The position numbers were made by a program, and so were the translations under genes. The notes below the pieces were generated by a model. That model was not told the origin of the DNA. It was given only the letters and a program-made list of their open reading frames with translations, and ran no database searches. Positions 1-10,659 of a stretch of DNA of 64,000 nucleotides are shown in pieces. Positions within the stretch are counted from its first letter, which is position 1. Every line of letters begins with the position of its first letter. The stretch is from Dicyema japonicum (lineage: Eukaryota; Animalia; Dicyemida): contig RDEW01000002.1 of NCBI GenBank assembly GCA_011109175.1, positions 934,676-998,675 on the forward strand. Reading direction: 5' to 3'.

Positions 1-164
1 TTAACGGAGATGGCTTAGACAACTAATTTCTAAGCGCATGTTGAACCACAATAATCTTAGTAATAATTTTTAAGATTATTAATTAATTAAATTTAAATTT
101 TAAATAAATTAAGGAATAATTTCTTTGTGCTAAGTACTGGTAGTGACAGTTGTGCGCATTATAA

Positions 165-1411
165 ATGTCAAATGACCTAAATTGGGTGGAAAAAACATTT
201 AATAAAGTTGATATGTTTAAACACGGTCATTCTCTTAATAATTTAATAAAACCGGAGATATTAGACTTGATTGTGGATAACACAGAAGTTCTCAGGACAG
301 ACACATTGACAAATATCATAATTGCGTTATTATTTTATAATAAATTTGAAAATTCAAAGGTTTTAATATTTTTAAATTTATTAGGTTTTTAATCAAATTA
401 AATTATTCATCGAAAAATGCCAGTCTCGCTTTTGCAAATTCTAATTGGGGATTTATTTTAATTAACTCCTTGAAACCTCTGCGACAAAGAGATGAACAAT
501 GATTCAATCTCACTTATTGAAAAGATCAAAGGCGGTTTCAAAGGTCCCGATTCTTTGATTTACCAACTAGATTTATCTCCTAGCCATTCATGTTTGGAAG
601 CTGTTGGAATGGACAAATCAGTAAAAAACAGGTCAAATGGTGGGAAATCATTCCACTTTAACTGTTTATACGATAACGGGGGGAGTTATTCTCGAAAGAT
701 CCTAAAGGAAGGTATATATTAGTCTCACAGAAGCTTATGACTCCATCATAAATGTCCCCGAAGAGACCACCAAAGTTGAATATATGCCTTCAAGTAGTAT
801 TTGAACTAATCAAAGCAATGTCGACGACTGTAAGTTCTAAGATGGAGACCTGTTTGACTCCTCAGCTAAAGTCTCTTTGAGAGGAAGAAGGGGGTGAAGC
901 TTCTCGATATCACCGACCAGCCAGTCAACGTTGACAAACTGAAACGGAGGAGACCCATTACTGGTATTCTACGGCTCATTCTAGAATTCGAACAAAAAAG
1001 GTCAGAATCAGACCCCAACACAAGGAAGAGGCCTACTAATCGGGAAGTTCCTGTGTACATGGAGTCCATTCTCTCGAACCGGGCCCAAGTTCTCTCTCGG
1101 TCTCCGATTGATGGGTCTCTCATAAAACGAGTGATGGAATACTGTGGAAAACTTCCCAAAGCCCAACAGGCCCTGGTAATCAATTTCATAACACGTGACC
1201 CTTCCAAATGTAGTACGTACTAATAATGGTAGGCCAATTGAGTGGCAAAACCCATATAAAATTGTCGGAGTCCGTGGGGACCATTAAGACAATGCAAGGG
1301 GTCGTTAAATATTATAGAATTATTAATAAATTGGAACTTGATTATAATTCAGGCATTTGGGAGGTTATTAGAAGTTCTCAACCAATGATGCCCCCACATG
1401 ACTGCTATTAA
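165..1411 (+). CDS. NELFA: Negative elongation factor A (multi-exon, mini-introns, some probable indel errors)
   Basis: GRRGVKLLDITD...KRRRP matches NELFA RKERGVKLLDISE...KRRRK. The C-terminal QALVINFI...HIKLSE...ELDYNSGIW...QPM matches NELFA KALILGFM...QIKLSE...EMNYATGQW...KPM. The N-terminal ORF 165-392 fits the NELFA N-terminus. Exons are separated by ~22-25 nt GT-AG introns. Confidence 0.8.
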
Positions 1412-1499
1412 CGTTTGTAATATTTAAATTAATATTAATTTATGCTTATGTGCTATTTTGCTTTAATATAAGAATTATGTAGAAAACTATCTTTTTGTC

Positions 1500-1790
1500 G
1501 ATCACTAGGCATACAGTGGAAGAAAAAATCCTTGACTAACTAAGTTGTCTCAGTTCTCATTGTAAAAATGAGAGGGTCATTAGGTTATAGTGTAAGGAAG
1601 AGAATCCTCGACTAACTAAGTGTTCCCAGTTCTTGTCGTAATATGAAGGATCACTCGGTTACAGTGAAAGAAACTGTCCTCGACTAACTGAGTGGTCCCA
1701 GTTCTTATCGTGAGAGTGAGAGGGTCATTGGGTTACAGTGTAATAAAGAGAATCCTCGACTAACTAAGTGTTCCCAGTTTTCATAATAAT
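1500..1790 (-). repeat. Four degenerate ~74-nt tandem units, each containing a LINE-type 3' terminal motif
   Basis: CCTCGACTAACTAAGTGTTCCCAGTT (or a variant) recurs four times at ~70-75 nt spacing. Its reverse complement resembles the LINE 3' ends at ~35880-35950 and ~53535-53610. Confidence 0.8.
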
Positions 1791-2419
1791 ACTGAGACGT
1801 ATCGTTTCTAAGCATCACGACCATTCATATATCCCATGTTGGAAATTTCTCCAATGGAGTATGAAAAGCGAGATTTTGTTATGTTGGCCAGGCATTGGAA
1901 GTCTCCCGAGTTAGGTGGATCACATGGTCAATTCATGTTTACCATATTTAACAGTAATTAACAGATTCTTTTGGATTGATTTTTCTTTTGGTTTTTTATA
2001 ATCGTACTAACAGGACATTCAATTTCACGGAGCGATAGGAACGATTCTTTTTAAGCGTTTCCGGAATCCCTAATGCATAAAAACCGAGGGGTGTTCGTGT
2101 GACTATAAAAATCAGAATGTACGCCCTACGCGTTTGTGTGGGCTCGAGAGATGAAATTGACCAAAATGAGGTCACATGTATACTATGCTGTTCCAGCACA
2201 AACAATCATAACTAGGGCGAATTTTTATTAACCTAAAAACTAAAAAAATTAACCCCAAAAAATTAACTTTACTTTGATAATTTTCGGTTTACCCCAATTC
2301 ATTTCCTTATTCTCTTCTATCGATTACATGCATCACAGTGGAGTTAACGTCCACAATTTCTCCTGTGTCAATCAATAAATTGTGTAGAGAGGTTACATAC
2401 ATATTAAAGAGTAAAGAAA

Positions 2420-2960
2420 TTTTGAGCCTTAACGTCTTCTTTTCTTAATCTTCCGTCTTTCTCAGCAATCTAAAGAAACACTAAAAAGAAGATAAGTTGT
2501 CGTCTGTCATCGTTTCTTCTGAACAGCCAAAGTCACTAGATATGAAATGAAAAATTTCAAAGACCACTATAAAACCAAGTTAATTAATCGTGGGATCCTC
2601 ACACTTTGCAGCAGTAGACGTGAGGGGTGAATCGTCTTCTTGTGAAGACAAGTGAATGGTTCTTTTTCAATTCACGACCAATAGAGTCACTAAATTTTTA
2701 AGGGTAGAAAATATTTTTTATATTTTTTTCTCATTTTCAACCCCTCCGCTGAAAATAGATTTTCCACGTGCTGAATACATTTTCATTTGGACGAGAGATG
2801 CGAGTAAGGGGTAAATATGGAAAATGAGTTATGTTGTTTCATTCAATGTCTGTATAATGATGAATCTAATATCCCCCTTTGTTTCGGCACTTCATGATGG
2901 TTCGTTTCACTTCTTCTGTAGTAACAATTTCCAGGTGGCGTTAATTTTTTAATTTAATTT
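2420..2960. repeat. Duplicated block, direct copy at ~13410-13930
   Basis: Colinear near-identity by eye, e.g. GAAGATAAGTTGTCGTCTGTCATCGTTTCTTCTGAACAGC in both; each copy is followed by a SINE-A copy. Confidence 0.85.
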
Positions 2961-3273
2961 ATTATTACCCCGGATACACCGAGAAAGAGGTAAACAACAA
3001 ATTAAGTGTATTCAGTTCCCAAGACACAGAAAAGTCCTTCAACGTTACATAAGTCCATCCAGAACCAGCATAAAAGTTAAAAGACGTCCAGTCCTTGCAG
3101 TTGTCGAAACCCCTCTAGTGGAGTGGGGGAGAGCAAATAATCCTTTTTCGTGCCTGCCTGACACTGGGCACCACCTGAGAGGAGGATCACATGACGCCAC
3201 TCTAGTAGGAAAAAAAGAAGATGAACAGACAAAACAGACAGGAAACTTCAACCAATTAGCCACGTAGCACCAC
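2961..3273 (-). mobile_element. SINE family A, copy 1 (~310 bp)
   Basis: Three dispersed copies (here, ~13930-14226, ~48580-48887). A-box-like TGGCTAATTGG at the head; LINE-like tail ...TCTCGGTGTATCCGGGGTAATAATAA; non-coding. Confidence 0.75.
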
Positions 3274-3324
3274 ATTATTATTATTAACCCCAGGCTTACA
3301 ATGGTAAGCCCAGCCAAAAAGTCA

Positions 3325-4330
3325 TAGGGCGATTTTTTTAACCTAAAAAATAAATATTTAACCTAAAAAATTAACTTTATTAACCTAAAAACTAAAAAAA
3401 TTAACCTAAAAAATTAACTTTATTAACCTAAAAACTAAAAAAATTAATTTAAAAAATTAACTTTATAACTAACAATAAAAACACCAAAACTTATTGTTAC
3501 ACATACAAATTACATAATGTTCTAAATTTCCTGGTAGAAAATGTCTGTTGGATCTAAGAAAATTCTTTATCTCAGAAAAACATCGTTCAACCGAGCACTA
3601 AGTTGGCTAACAATTCAGGAGTAATGAATACTAGGCAAGAGATATGTGTGAATTAATCATTTTAATTATGGTTGAAATATCATTTTTTGTAGCCTTTTAT
3701 TTATGTATTCTTTAATAAATTTGTTGTCATTTCAAATTCCAACGATTCTAATCCATCATATGCTTGTTCAATTCTGAAGCGTGTACTTTGATAATAATAT
3801 CTGCAATAGCGACATTATTCGGAAACTCGGAATGTTCGAATAGCTTCAGATAAGGTCACATAGACTGCTAACTAACGGTGAGGGAACTCATACAGAGCCT
3901 CCGTAAAACAATTCTCTAAGCCAAGGCATAGATAGTCTGTTTAGTGGAATATCAGACTTTATAAATGCTCTGGTTACTTGTAGAGCCCAATCATCATTTT
4001 TGGAATATTGGTCAATATGTGTTTGGTGTGATTGAGTCAGATTATTTACAAAAAAGTAATCGCTATTTCGCAAAACATAATGAATTTTCATCAAAATAAA
4101 TTTTGATGGGAATTTACAAAATGCCTTTTTTTGCATTTTTTCGCATTTTATATTACACAAACAGAGTCGACAATATAGCGCACCATCCTCAAAAATCATA
4201 AATTCTTTAGGATAATACTTTACAACGGCCTTAGTTTAATTTGGTACTATTTTGCTATCTTAGGTATGTCAACCAAAAATTTTAGTGGCAAAATATATTA
4301 TTAATAGTTAATTTAAAAAATAGTAAATTA
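3325..4330 (-). mobile_element. hAT-like (CGGBP1-like) DNA transposon remnant
   Basis: Terminus TAGGGCGATTTTT with AACCTAAAAA subterminal repeats; degenerate ORF with LYCRLC (BED-like) and AFIKSDIPLNRL...LRELF. A further terminus fragment lies at 2213-2290. Confidence 0.55.
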
Positions 4331-4379
4331 ATCAAAAATTATAAGGTTAAAATAATTTTAACATACTTCCTTTTTTTCT

Positions 4380-4900
4380 CCACCTCCACAGTCTGCAAAC
4401 GGTCTTGAGACGTGATGCCAACCTCTATGATAAGGACTTGGCCAGACTCCTTATCGTGTACCACAATGTCCGGTTTATTGTGCTTGACTAGCACCGAGGT
4501 ACGGATAACACTGTCTACCTAAATTTGGACCCTGGTGTTCTCTACTACAGATTGCAACTTATGAGTCCGCAACTTTCTGGTGTGGCGAATACCATACTTA
4601 TTGCATAGTAGAAGATGAAGACTCCTTACTACCTCGTTATGCCTCCATACATAGTCGTGGCAGAGCATGGATCCACATCGAGTGGCGAATGATCAACCGA
4701 CATGCTCCTTGACTTACAGTGGGGACATGTATTTGATGATCGACGCCAAAAGATATTGCGGTCTTGCATATACGCGTACAGCGCCTCCGATCGAGGTGAG
4801 TTACCACCGTATTTTAGCCATATTGTCGACGACTTAAGGTCGACATGTGGGTTGTCCAATGCTCTGAAGAGGACCTTATGAAGGATTTATAAGTTGATGT
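4380..4900 (-). mobile_element. Degenerate 3' fragment of an R4/Dong-like RLE non-LTR retrotransposon
   Basis: Translation across frameshifts gives QDRNIFW..CPHC..VDH..RC...HDY..RHNEVV...NKPDIVVHDK...IIEVGIT, i.e. CCHC finger plus PD-(D/E)xK endonuclease. Confidence 0.75.
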
Positions 4901-5365
4901 TTTCCATCAAATTATTATATTGAATTTCTGATCCCAAAAATATTTTAATATCTTGTCGTCATTGTCTTCTGCAGCTAACTTTTCGATTATCTGTCAGATA
5001 ATTGAAGATGTTCTAAGTAATTTTGCGATAGATCGCGAAGACGCTGTTGATACATTCAGAGATTGCATTTCGAAGATAATTTATGTGGAATCAGGAAGCA
5101 CTAGAATCAAAATTAATTGTCAATCAAATGCCTTCTATCACAAAGTGGAAAAACAACATATTTCTGCATGTATACAACTATTTGAAAAGTGTCCTTCCTG
5201 AGCATTATTTGTTGAGAGAACATTATCTTATTGTAAAAATTAATTTTTTGTAGATAAAATTATCATAAAGTCAAAAAAAGTCAAAATTTTAATTTTTTAA
5301 GTCAATAAATTCAATTTTTTAGGTTAAAAATTACGATTTATAAAGTCAAAATAAAAATCGCCCTA
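4900..5365 (+). mobile_element. hAT-like transposon 3' remnant (near-identical copy at ~10840-11307)
   Basis: Degenerate FVER(T/S)LS motif of the hAT C-terminus; ends in AAAAATCGCCCTA, the inverse of the terminus at 3325. Confidence 0.55.
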
Positions 5366-5367
5366 AT

Positions 5368-5610
5368 GATGAGACACCTTCTCGGTTGATAACCTTCAGC
5401 AAACACGTCATCAACGTCATTTTCTCCTCCCAACAAAAACTGCACCAGGAGTTTGAACCGATTTAAAAAGTTCGTTCTTGAATATGTGTCAACACAAGTT
5501 GCGTCCCAGACCAAAGATCATCCGGATGTGTAATGGAAAAGGATCATCCTGTCAGGTCTCTTTCCATCTCTTCGATTGATACCCACTGGTTCAAGCTGTG
5601 ATGGGAAGAC
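5368..5610 (-). mobile_element. CRE-like retroposon RLE fragment (copy at ~11310-11490)
   Basis: LEPVGINRRDGKRPD...LVWDATCVDT motif. Confidence 0.7.
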
Positions 5611-6833
5611 TAGCCTTTATTTATTTAAAAATTTTAAATAATTAAGCCTTTGCAGATTGGATTGCCTGTACGTTCCACGTAATACGGCAATCCCGACTGG
5701 TTGCATTAGCCAGAACGATTTTAAATAAAATAAATCTGGTAAAATTGTTAATCGAAAATACTAATTAATTTAGTCTGATAGAAAATTAATAATTTCCTTG
5801 ACTAGCAGATCAGGCTGGTCCACGTGCAGTGAATGATATAAATTAGGCAAGTAACCAAGTCTCTTACGTGGAAAGTGAACATTGAGATGATCGAGACTCT
5901 TACCTCTGAAATAAATAAACCCAAACTTCATAAAAGGCGACAATTCACCCCCCAAAAACAATGCTTCGTTAGGAAATAATCCCTCCACGGTGACAGTCTT
6001 TTTCGAACTGATCCCCAAATTATACTTATTTTTCATTATTGAGTCGAAATTACTGTTTAAATAGCAAAATCCATTTTTCTCGATTATTTTCTTTTTTAAA
6101 AAAATCTCCAAAAGTTTTGCCTAATTTTTCAGCCAAAATTACTGAAACTTTGTCACCGCTCAATTTTACAGTTTTTGAAGCGATTTCCTTTAAATTCGCG
6201 TTTTTAGCGACAAATGGAAATTGTATGAATCCCAAGGCTTTGACAAACTCGATGACTTTGACGAAACCTTCCATCCCGAATGGACACACATCCAGGACGA
6301 TTAATTTGTCGACAATATTGCTCTACTGTACATCCTCATACTATACGTGTTCTAAGGAGTAGGTCATGGAAGTTAATCCACCCATGCTGTGACCCACTAG
6401 TGATACTTTGTGATGCCCCAACTTTTGGCGGGTTTTTTCGATGTCTCTGGCCATGATAGGATAATCCATGTAACATTGTCGGGACTATCCCCGTGATTTC
6501 TTGAATCGAATGTGTAAACCTTGGAATTTAGGTTATGAGAATACCTCAAATCCTGAATTAGCCAAATTGTGGGCCACATTGTCCCAGTTATTTCTATTAC
6601 TGAACAATCCATGGTGGATGTAAACTGGATTGGGGTATTTCTGTGGCAAAGATGGTTTATAATGAGAATAGACAAGACAAGACAAATTTTATTTTCTAAC
6701 AAACCCCAAAACTAATTACTGTAAAGAAACCAAAACCTGAATCAAAACTAATTAAGTGGGTTTGTATTCATCGTGTAGGGTCATTTTATGAGACACCACA
6801 TGTCTCTACTTCGTTTGGACCCCAAAAATTACA

Positions 6834-9398
6834 TCACATTTTCCATAAGTGATGTAATAATTTTTCTATCTTTCTGACTTTCAGGTCGTAATCCTCTTCG
6901 ATATTAGATTTTAAGTCCAGTCCATATGCCAATTTAATCGCAAATCTTCTGGACTTTTCCAATTTTTTGACAAAGACATCACTTTCTTTTGTTCTAAACC
7001 ATCCTTGATAACCATATATCAAGAATGGTTCAACACACGCCGAATACACAAAAAGAAAAGTTTCAGGCTCCAAATGAAATCGAATTAAAGATTTCAACAT
7101 TCCTGTAGCTTTCTTTCTTCGTGTTTTAATATGTTCCTTGAAAGATCCTCTTCGGTCTATCAACAATCCGAGATACTTCAATGTTTCAGAGATTTTTATA
7201 TCCCCAGTATTCACACATTGATTAATATTTTTTCTTTTACTTGCAATCCAAGTGACTGTTGTTTTTTCCCTCGATAGAGTCAACCCATTGTTTTGGCACC
7301 ACTTTCCAATCTTAGTAATATGGGATTCCACCCTTTTCCATGAAATTTGTTTATTCATGCTTGAATCAAGCACAAGAATGTCATCAGCATAAATAATCAT
7401 TTGACTATTTACGCTCTCTGTTTTCGGCAAATCTCTCATTACGCAATTGAAGAGTAGCGGGCTGAGAATTGAACCCTGTGGAACTCCTCTTCGCAATTCA
7501 ATTTTCTTTGAAATTAAATTTCCAACACGTATATATGACTTTCTTTTTGAAAGAAAGTTTTCTATCCATAATAACGCAGTTTTCCCAATTTCTGCTTTTG
7601 ACAACGTATCAACAAGTCCAAAGTGCCAAACACTGTCAAACGCTTTTGTTATATCCAAACATGCTATTGTAAGAAATTCCTTTTTATTTCGTGAAATTTC
7701 GATTGCAGATCTTAGCTCTTTAAAGCAATCTCCAGTCCCTTTTTTATGCCGAAATCCCAGTTGATTATCAGAGAGAAAATTATTATCCTCAACATGCCTT
7801 GATAGACGATTGAAAACAATTTTTTCCATAACTTTCGATATTGAGCAGACTAGGCTAATTGGCCTATAACTATCTGCTTTTGACCTTGGCTTTCCTTTTT
7901 TCACAACCATGCGTACAATTGTTCGTTTCCAATAAGCTGGAACATGACCAAAACTCCAAGAAGAATTATATAATATTTTTAGGCACTCAATCAAAATTGG
8001 GCCTGCGTTCTTGAAAATACTCATTGGGATAAAATCCCACCCTGGTGCTTTATTTTTGCAACCCTTAATTGCAGCATTTATTTCTTCCAGCGTTATAGGA
8101 TGACACAAGGGACCACTCAATTTCGACTTTTCTTTATAACTACTTCTTGTATCTTGTACTTCTATCGGAATAAAAGATGCCGGATCTATCTCTTGAATTT
8201 TGGACAATTGTCGACGTAAAACATTTGGAATTTCTTCTTTTGGAATAGTGAGACCATCATCTGACTTGAGAGATATTTCTTCATTCTTATTACTGGGAGA
8301 ATTCATTCTTGCATATAGTTTCCAAAATTTTGGGTTCTGTCGACGTAACTTTGAACATTCTCTTTTCCATACTTTTTCTTCATTCTTCTTTACAACATCC
8401 ATTATTTTCTTCTTCACTAACTTGATCTGCATTTTAAGTTCTTGAGAGTCGAAGATATCCCAACACCTCTTTAATTTATTTTCTAACTTATTCTTCTCCT
8501 GACGCAAAGAGCGTTCTTCTACTCCTATTATCATATTTTCCTGCGGCAACAGATTTTTTCTTTTTCCATAATTTTCCAGATAACTTAACAACAAAGATCT
8601 TATTTTGTTATCCAGAATGTCGATATCTTCCGGTTTCGAAATCCCCAAATCACAAACATTACCAATTTTCAGCCTGATGTAGAAATTGAAGTGATTCCAA
8701 TCAATTTTGCTGACATCATATCCAATGAATAACTGTCGTGTGTAAACCGGACCAGTTTTTAATTCAATCGTTTGTGGGATGTGGTCACTTCCTATGTCAT
8801 TTTCGATATATGGAGGATCACACATTTCACTCATCGTCAGAGGCATTATGAACAATCCAAGTTTATCACCACTATAAGTTGCATAGTGATTTATTTCTGC
8901 TGACGTCAAAATTTTCAATTCTCCTGATTCCATCCACTTTATAAGACATTTTCCATCCTGATTTGTTGTAACACATCCATAATCAACATGCTTTGCGTTC
9001 ATGTCCCCAACCAAAATCGAATTCACGTTTTCGTTAAAAAATTTCTCAATGATCCAAGGGTACTCACGTAAGCTCTTAGAATAAATTCCTCCAACTGTTA
9101 TCCATCCAATATTTGTTTGTATTTGCACACTGACTAGTTCACATACATCTTCTTCAATAATTCTTGGTCTCTTCGTATTCAAATTAGATTTATAATAAAT
9201 CGAAGTTCCAGTTCCAGAAATAGAACCCTTCTTCCACGGAATATCAATTGATGAAAATCCATTAAGTTTAAAAGAACTTCCCTTCTTGATCTTCGTCTCA
9301 TTTACTATCAAAACATCCATATGCACTGTGCTGACCAATGCAGTCAGCTCTGAAGCCCGCTTCCGAAGAGAGCGGGCATTAATCAGGGTTATCCTGAT
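6834..9398 (-). CDS. LINE ORF2: APE endonuclease + reverse transcriptase (~855 aa; no in-frame AUG before the first conserved motif)
   Basis: INARSL, NETK, GDMNAKH, SDH (APE); KAPGWD, YRPISL, QLGFR, LDITKAFDSVWH, GVPQGSILSP, YADD, YLG (RT). Confidence 0.95.
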   Translation of the reverse strand: MRITLINARSLRKRASELTALVSTVHMDVLIVNETKIKKGSSFKLNGFSSIDIPWKKGSISGTGTSIYYKSNLNTKRPRIIEEDVCELVSVQIQTNIGWITVGGIYSKSLREYPWIIEKFFNENVNSILVGDMNAKHVDYGCVTTNQDGKCLIKWMESGELKILTSAEINHYATYSGDKLGLFIMPLTMSEMCDPPYIENDIGSDHIPQTIELKTGPVYTRQLFIGYDVSKIDWNHFNFYIRLKIGNVCDLGISKPEDIDILDNKIRSLLLSYLENYGKRKNLLPQENMIIGVEERSLRQEKNKLENKLKRCWDIFDSQELKMQIKLVKKKIMDVVKKNEEKVWKRECSKLRRQNPKFWKLYARMNSPSNKNEEISLKSDDGLTIPKEEIPNVLRRQLSKIQEIDPASFIPIEVQDTRSSYKEKSKLSGPLCHPITLEEINAAIKGCKNKAPGWDFIPMSIFKNAGPILIECLKILYNSSWSFGHVPAYWKRTIVRMVVKKGKPRSKADSYRPISLVCSISKVMEKIVFNRLSRHVEDNNFLSDNQLGFRHKKGTGDCFKELRSAIEISRNKKEFLTIACLDITKAFDSVWHFGLVDTLSKAEIGKTALLWIENFLSKRKSYIRVGNLISKKIELRRGVPQGSILSPLLFNCVMRDLPKTESVNSQMIIYADDILVLDSSMNKQISWKRVESHITKIGKWCQNNGLTLSREKTTVTWIASKRKNINQCVNTGDIKISETLKYLGLLIDRRGSFKEHIKTRRKKATGMLKSLIRFHLEPETFLFVYSACVEPFLIYGYQGWFRTKESDVFVKKLEKSRRFAIKLAYGLDLKSNIEEDYDLKVRKIEKLLHHLWKM

Positions 9399-10441
9399 TA
9401 CTTCTGATTTTTTTGGTGGCTGATCCCTCCTCTTAGGATCGCCACCAAATCCAATAAATGCTTCGTATCCTTTTTTGTTTTCGTTACTTCTATAATGCTT
9501 TTCTCTAATTTTTTCAAAGTTTGTGAATAATCAAGTTGACATTCACCATCATTGACCTGTGTTGAGATTTCTTCTTTCTTTCCCTTCACAGGTTCTTCTG
9601 TCTGAGTAGAAGCTTCTACTGTTGCCCTTTTGACCGTTGGAATATTCCAACAAGTTCGACCATCAAGAAAAGCTGACTTAGCATTTTTTGCTATAGTATG
9701 ACTATTTCCGGATTTGGCAAGTTTCTTATCTTCTTTTTTGGAGACTTTTGACTTTTCAGCAACTTTCTTCATTTTCTCACGATTGGCTTCCATAGCTTTC
9801 GGACAACCTCCATAATTTGCCAGATGAGTAGTCGACCCACAATTAACACAATTTTTTGTATCATGCGATGCTTTACATTCAGATCTTCTATGTGATCCCG
9901 AACAATGTAGACACTTTTCTAAGTTCTTGCAAAACCGAGCAATATGTCCAAACTGTTGACAACGAAAACACTGAATTTCTCGTTTTATATACCATTCCGC
10001 TTTCATCTTCAAAAATCCAATAATCAATCCCAATCTGACAATGGATTCTGCTTCTCCCCTGCTTGTTAAGACAAGCTTAACAATAGGCAAGCTAACACCA
10101 CGGCGTACAAATCTTTCAGCTCGGAACTCTCCTGTCAACTTTGACCGAAGAAAATCCTTTAATTCATCCATCTCTATCCATGTCGGAACATTTTTTAGAA
10201 TTATAGTCGAAGGAGGCAGTTTTACTTCCTCCATCTCATGTCCACCCAATCCAAAAGGATTACTATCATTCATTGACTTTTTGAAATCTTCAAGGTCTTC
10301 CAAGTTCTTAAACTGCAGGATAAAATCGCCAGTATGTCGACGAGATATCCTAGCTCTTCTGGCTGATTCCATCCCATCAAAGATGTTAACAATAGTTAAA
10401 TTCCCATGTTTAGAATTAATAATTAACCTGACAGAGAACAT
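9398..10441 (-). CDS. LINE ORF1 gag-like nucleic-acid-binding protein
   Basis: 347-aa ORF with three zinc knuckles: CFRCQQFGHIARFC, CLHCSGSHRRSEC, CVNCGSTTHLANYGGC. Confidence 0.95.
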   Translation of the reverse strand: MFSVRLIINSKHGNLTIVNIFDGMESARRARISRRHTGDFILQFKNLEDLEDFKKSMNDSNPFGLGGHEMEEVKLPPSTIILKNVPTWIEMDELKDFLRSKLTGEFRAERFVRRGVSLPIVKLVLTSRGEAESIVRLGLIIGFLKMKAEWYIKREIQCFRCQQFGHIARFCKNLEKCLHCSGSHRRSECKASHDTKNCVNCGSTTHLANYGGCPKAMEANREKMKKVAEKSKVSKKEDKKLAKSGNSHTIAKNAKSAFLDGRTCWNIPTVKRATVEASTQTEEPVKGKKEEISTQVNDGECQLDYSQTLKKLEKSIIEVTKTKKDTKHLLDLVAILRGGISHQKNQK

Positions 10442-10659
10442 TGTAGTCTACAAGTCAGTAATGAGAATATGAAAGCTCTAGACTTTTGTGATTAAACCTT
10501 TTTATTAATTTATTCATTTCACATGTATCCGCGTTAATTAATATTTTATGTGGTCTTTGGAATAATATTATTTATTATTAGATTTTAAATGTTAATTATT
10601 TATATTTTATTAAATATATAAATAGGGTTCCCCGACCATTAACATGGCGCCATGTCTTG

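Larger units (their letters stand above)
6671..10458 (-). mobile_element. Near full-length LINE (Jockey/I-group-like), 3788 bp
   Basis: Perfect 11-bp TSD TAATGAGAATA at 6660-6670 and 10459-10469; (TTGTC)n 3' tail; two uninterrupted ORFs. Confidence 0.95.
5770..10517 (-). pseudogene. ABHD11: ABHD11 alpha/beta hydrolase copy 1, exon 1 interrupted by a 3.8-kb LINE (gene parts 5770-6670 and 10459-10517)
   Basis: Inverted copy of 14509-15455 (roughly 90% identical by eye); GHSMGG nucleophile motif; LINE insertion with 11-bp TSD; additional 1-nt deletion near 6475. Confidence 0.85.

Noticed and set aside
1500-1790. CRISPR-like repeat-spacer array
   Set aside because: The apparent spacers are themselves alignable, the context is eukaryotic with no cas genes, and the repeat matches LINE ends.
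2961-2975. Telomeric-type TTAACCCC motifs (also 3285, 14240, 48590)
   Set aside because: Single occurrences at retroposon 3' ends, not tandem telomere repeats.
3325-5365. A single composite hAT element bounded by inverted TAGGGCG termini
   Set aside because: The flanks show no 8-bp TSD, and the two ends carry oppositely oriented transposase remnants with different subterminal repeats.
7447-10472. Antisense ORFs within the LINE (also 30518-31838, 55498-55866, 63135-63740)
   Set aside because: These are shadow ORFs opposite real coding frames, with no motifs.
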